A stretch of 52,894 nt of DNA, filler included, from Streblomastix strix (lineage: Eukaryota): NCBI GenBank assembly GCA_008636045.1. It is 3 parts of 3 records of this genome, joined end to end, with 100 filler letters (N's around TTAATTAATTAA, not from the genome) between each part and the next. Parts side by side here need not be neighbours in the genome. Positions count along the whole stretch, not along the records: positions 35,338 to 52,894 come from SNRW01000696.1; 2 more parts are not named here. One strand, written 5' to 3'. Position numbers and translations under genes: made by a program. Below the pieces are notes generated by a model. It was not told the origin of the DNA and ran no database searches. It worked only from the letters and a program-made list of their open reading frames with translations. Below are positions 51,712 through 52,894 of this stretch, in pieces. Position 1 is the stretch's first letter, and every line of letters begins with the position of its first letter.

Positions 51712-52324
51712 AAAATTTCACAGATAAAAATAAAAAAGTAGAAAATGATGAAATTTTTGATAAATCATGATTTTATACACTCCATTTCACTCATTATTTT
51801 CAATTTCAATGTTTATTTAATCTTATTTATTAACAGTTATTCAAAACTTTTAAATTAGTATTATAATAAATGGCAATTATTTGTTTGGAATAATTATATT
51901 TGTTAAGACATTATTTTACATTTGAATCTATAAAAAGTACAATTTCAATCGAATCAATTTACTTATTTAAAAGATAATGGGTTTGTATTAAAAGATAAAA
52001 ACTAGATATAATACAAAAGATGAATTAAAAATAATTATTAATATTGATTATTGCAAAAATTTTCATTTCTTTTCCTCTTCATCCTAAGTACAATCTTAAT
52101 ACTGCTAATATTAAGATTTAAAGATTAACCAATGAAAAGATTATAAAGTGATATGAAAGAGAAAAATGAAAAAAAATATGTATACTTATTAATCAACAAT
52201 TATTAAAAAAAATTAAAATTTTATGAATAAAAAAAATTAAAATTTTATAAATATAAAAAATTAACTCGAAGTAATAACTTCAGTTTAAAAACATTCTCAT
52301 TTGTTTTTGCACAAAAAAACCAAT

Positions 52325-52894
52325 TCATTTCTTGAATATGCTGATTATGGCTCTAGCATTCTCAGCAATGAATGGATCAGAATGTTCGGACAGTTCCTCA
52401 AAAGTTCTGATGGGGAAAAATAAAATAGCCATTCCAACAGTTTATTGGAGGCCATGAGTTAGTATGTTATGGATGAGCTGTAATGTGTAGTGAACAATGA
52501 TGTCCTTCTTCTGGGAGATGAACTTGGCAATGCTCGCTGGATAGTTACTTGAGAGAATGTCTGAATGATTGTCTAATTGAAAATATGAATGAAAAGAAGG
52601 AAAATTTATATATTTGAATAAATAAGTAAGAATTTTAAATAAATTAAATATGTTGATATATATCAAAATTATTATAAAACATCTAATTTAATATATATTA
52701 AATAATACAAACCTTAACATTCAGCTAAACCAGACAATACACCAATCGCAACGCTGCTTATATATTAGTCTTCATTATTAGTCATCTTCTTAATTGTAAG
52801 AATAACATCATTTCTGAATTCTTTTGGGAGTGCAGATGCTTTAAATATCTGTCCAATTGCAAGAGATGCGTTTTAGTTAACTTCTTAATCTTGA
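52325..52894 (-). CDS. ARM/HEAT-like protein, 3' part
   Basis: NASLAIGQIFKASALPKEFR...VLSGLAEC, intron, DNHSDILSSNY...AENARAIISIFKK, stop TGA at 52325-52327. Confidence 0.7.

Overview
AT-rich eukaryotic (protist) genomic DNA that uses the ciliate/oxymonad-type genetic code (TAA/TAG = Gln, TGA = stop; NCBI table 6), with short GT-AG introns. The supplied ORF track is therefore mostly misleading. The gene repertoire (expanded ARM/HEAT-like, SPRY-like and NEK-like families, DIRS-type retroelements) most resembles the oxymonad Streblomastix; this is an inference. The window is three separate contigs joined by artificial N44-TTAATTAATTAA-N44 linkers (1-17575, 17676-35237, 35338-52894). Contig 1: 3' half of a DIRS-type tyrosine-recombinase retrotransposon, an ARM-coiled-coil-SPRY gene, a 1.55 kb TA-flanked TIR element, a ~2300 aa gene fusing a Rad23/Dsk2-like Ubl-UBA-UBA module to a bacterial two-partner-secretion (filamentous haemagglutinin/CdiA-like) body ending in a novel 7x repeat (the standout finding), and an unknown gene. 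Contig 2: a pseudokinase-coiled-coil-SPRY gene, a CSN5/JAB1 copy lacking its JAMM core, a decayed SH3-ARM gene, an intronless bacterial-like vWA gene and two head-to-head DIRS-type elements. Contig 3: a tandem array of ARM/HEAT-like paralogs, one with a large E/Q/K expansion containing an in-frame TGA. All family assignments come from manual translation and motif recognition; no database searches were run.
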